Positions 63,263 through 64,000 of a stretch of DNA of 64,000 nt are shown one piece after another. Position numbers and translations under genes: made by a program. Within the stretch, counting starts at the first letter, position 1; the number at the start of each line of letters is the position of its first letter. This stretch comes from Candidatus Omnitrophota bacterium (lineage in GTDB: Bacteria; Omnitrophota; Gorgyraeia; Gorgyraeales; Gorgyraeaceae), in contig JAHIYJ010000090.1 in assembly GCA_018814825.1 (NCBI GenBank), forward strand, positions 1,321 through 65,320, written 5' to 3'. Below the pieces are notes generated by a model that had not been told where the DNA came from, made no database searches, and saw only the letters and a list, made by a program, of their open reading frames with translations.

Positions 63263-64000
63263 ATGTACAAGATACTAATTAGCGATTCACTGGCAGAAGA
63301 AGGTATTGAGATACTGAAAAAAGTAAAGGAGTTTCAGGTGGATGTGAAGCTCAAACTTCCGCCCGATGAGCTTAAAAAAGTCATAACGGATTATGACTGC
63401 CTTCTGGTTAGGAGCGGGACAAAGGTGACAAAAGAGATTATTGAGGCTGCTGATAAATTAAAGGTTATAGGCCGCGCTGGGGTCGGGCTTGACAATGTCG
63501 ACCTTGAGACTGCTTCAAAGCGGGGCATTATAGTAATGAATACACCTGGCGGAAATACTATCTCCACCGCGGAGCATACCATGTCCTTGATTCTGGCCCT
63601 TTCAAGGAATATACCCGCGGCAGACGCGTCCACAAAAAAAGGCGGATGGGAGAGGAAGAAATTCATGGGAGTGGAGTTATACGGCAAGATACTCGGTATC
63701 ATAGGCCTTGGCAGGATCGGGAGCGAGGTCGCGAAGCGCGCCGGAGCGTTTGGTATGAAAATAATAGCCTATGACCCGTTTCTCGCGCTCGAGAAGGCAA
63801 AAGAATTGGGGATAGAGTCCGTTGAGTTGAATGATATATTCAAGAGGTCGGACTACATAACCACACACACGCCAATGACAGAGGAAACAAGGCATATTAT
63901 CGACAAAAAGGCGATAAAGGCCATGAAAAAAGGTGTTCGCATAGTAAATTGCGCTAGAGGCGGCATTGTTGACGAAACCGCTCTTATAGAAGGAATAAAA
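63263..64000 (+). CDS. serA: D-3-phosphoglycerate dehydrogenase, 3'-partial (runs off the window)
   Basis: MYKILISDSLAEEGIEIL..VIGRAGVGLDNVDLETASKRGIIVMNTPGGN..GKILGIIGLGRIGSEVAKRA. The ATG at 63263 follows GGAGAAG. The frame is open to the end of the window. Confidence 0.75.
   Translation, partial: MYKILISDSLAEEGIEILKKVKEFQVDVKLKLPPDELKKVITDYDCLLVRSGTKVTKEIIEAADKLKVIGRAGVGLDNVDLETASKRGIIVMNTPGGNTISTAEHTMSLILALSRNIPAADASTKKGGWERKKFMGVELYGKILGIIGLGRIGSEVAKRAGAFGMKIIAYDPFLALEKAKELGIESVELNDIFKRSDYITTHTPMTEETRHIIDKKAIKAMKKGVRIVNCARGGIVDETALIEGIK

Noticed and set aside
1-64000. Prophage, integrative element or genomic island interpretation of the accessory-looking pilus/glycosylation region.
   Set aside because: There are no integrase, transposase, recombinase or tRNA attachment sites and no phage structural genes. 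The content is housekeeping LPS genes plus chromosomal filament systems. The small repeats are MITE/REP-like at most.

Overview
This 64-kb window is gene-dense and every supported gene is on the + strand. It looks like a diderm bacterium that makes LPS and has a sigma-54 regulon. I saw no rRNA, tRNA, CRISPR array, integrase or transposase.

Contents in order:
(1) LPS inner-core and Kdo block: three tandem GT9 heptosyltransferases, a DUF3108-like lipoprotein, a deoxyhypusine-synthase-like protein, an HldA-type heptose-7-P kinase, KdsB, PyrG, KdsA, KdsD and KdsC.
(2) Signalling block: a histidine kinase with a degenerate GGDEF-like tail and three tandem paralogous CheY-like receivers.
(3) Type IV filament system 1: GspE/PilB ATPase, GspF/PilC platform, a GspG-like major pseudopilin, a four-helix-bundle (23S IVS family) gene, I/J/K-like minor pseudopilins, a PilM-PilN fusion, PilO, PilP and a PilZ membrane protein.
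(4) A PAS histidine kinase and a PilS/PilR-like sigma-54 two-component pair, followed by a textbook -24/-12 promoter and a short PilA-type pilin.
(5) A glycosylation/modification module: a TMTC-like GT-C glycosyltransferase split from its TPR domain at an A9 tract, a second TPR paralog, a GT2 polyprenyl-phosphate sugar synthase-like enzyme, two B12-binding radical-SAM enzymes and a SAM methyltransferase.
(6) A second minor-pilin set (H/I/J/K-like) with a secreted charged protein, then an MSHA-like system 2: MerR-like regulator, MshI-like PilMN fusion, PilO, PilP, MshL-like secretin, coiled-coil/TPR protein, a degenerate receiver, a second PilB, an ExeA/MshM-like ATPase, a second PilC and a zinc-ribbon/TPR protein.
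(7) A PilZ-NucS-like fusion, a CHASE2-PP2C phosphatase and RpoN.
(8) LpxL, an LptA-family protein, LptB, a short trigger factor, ClpP, a class V aminotransferase and SerA (3'-partial).

The most unusual sequence-level feature is a pervasive family of heptamer-periodic inverted tandem repeats, with units such as CGATATA, CGGTAAA/CGTTTAC and AGCTGAT. They sit at gene junctions. Some are translated in-frame into the leaders of minor pseudopilins. Separately there are long perfect palindromes that recur with compensatory changes.
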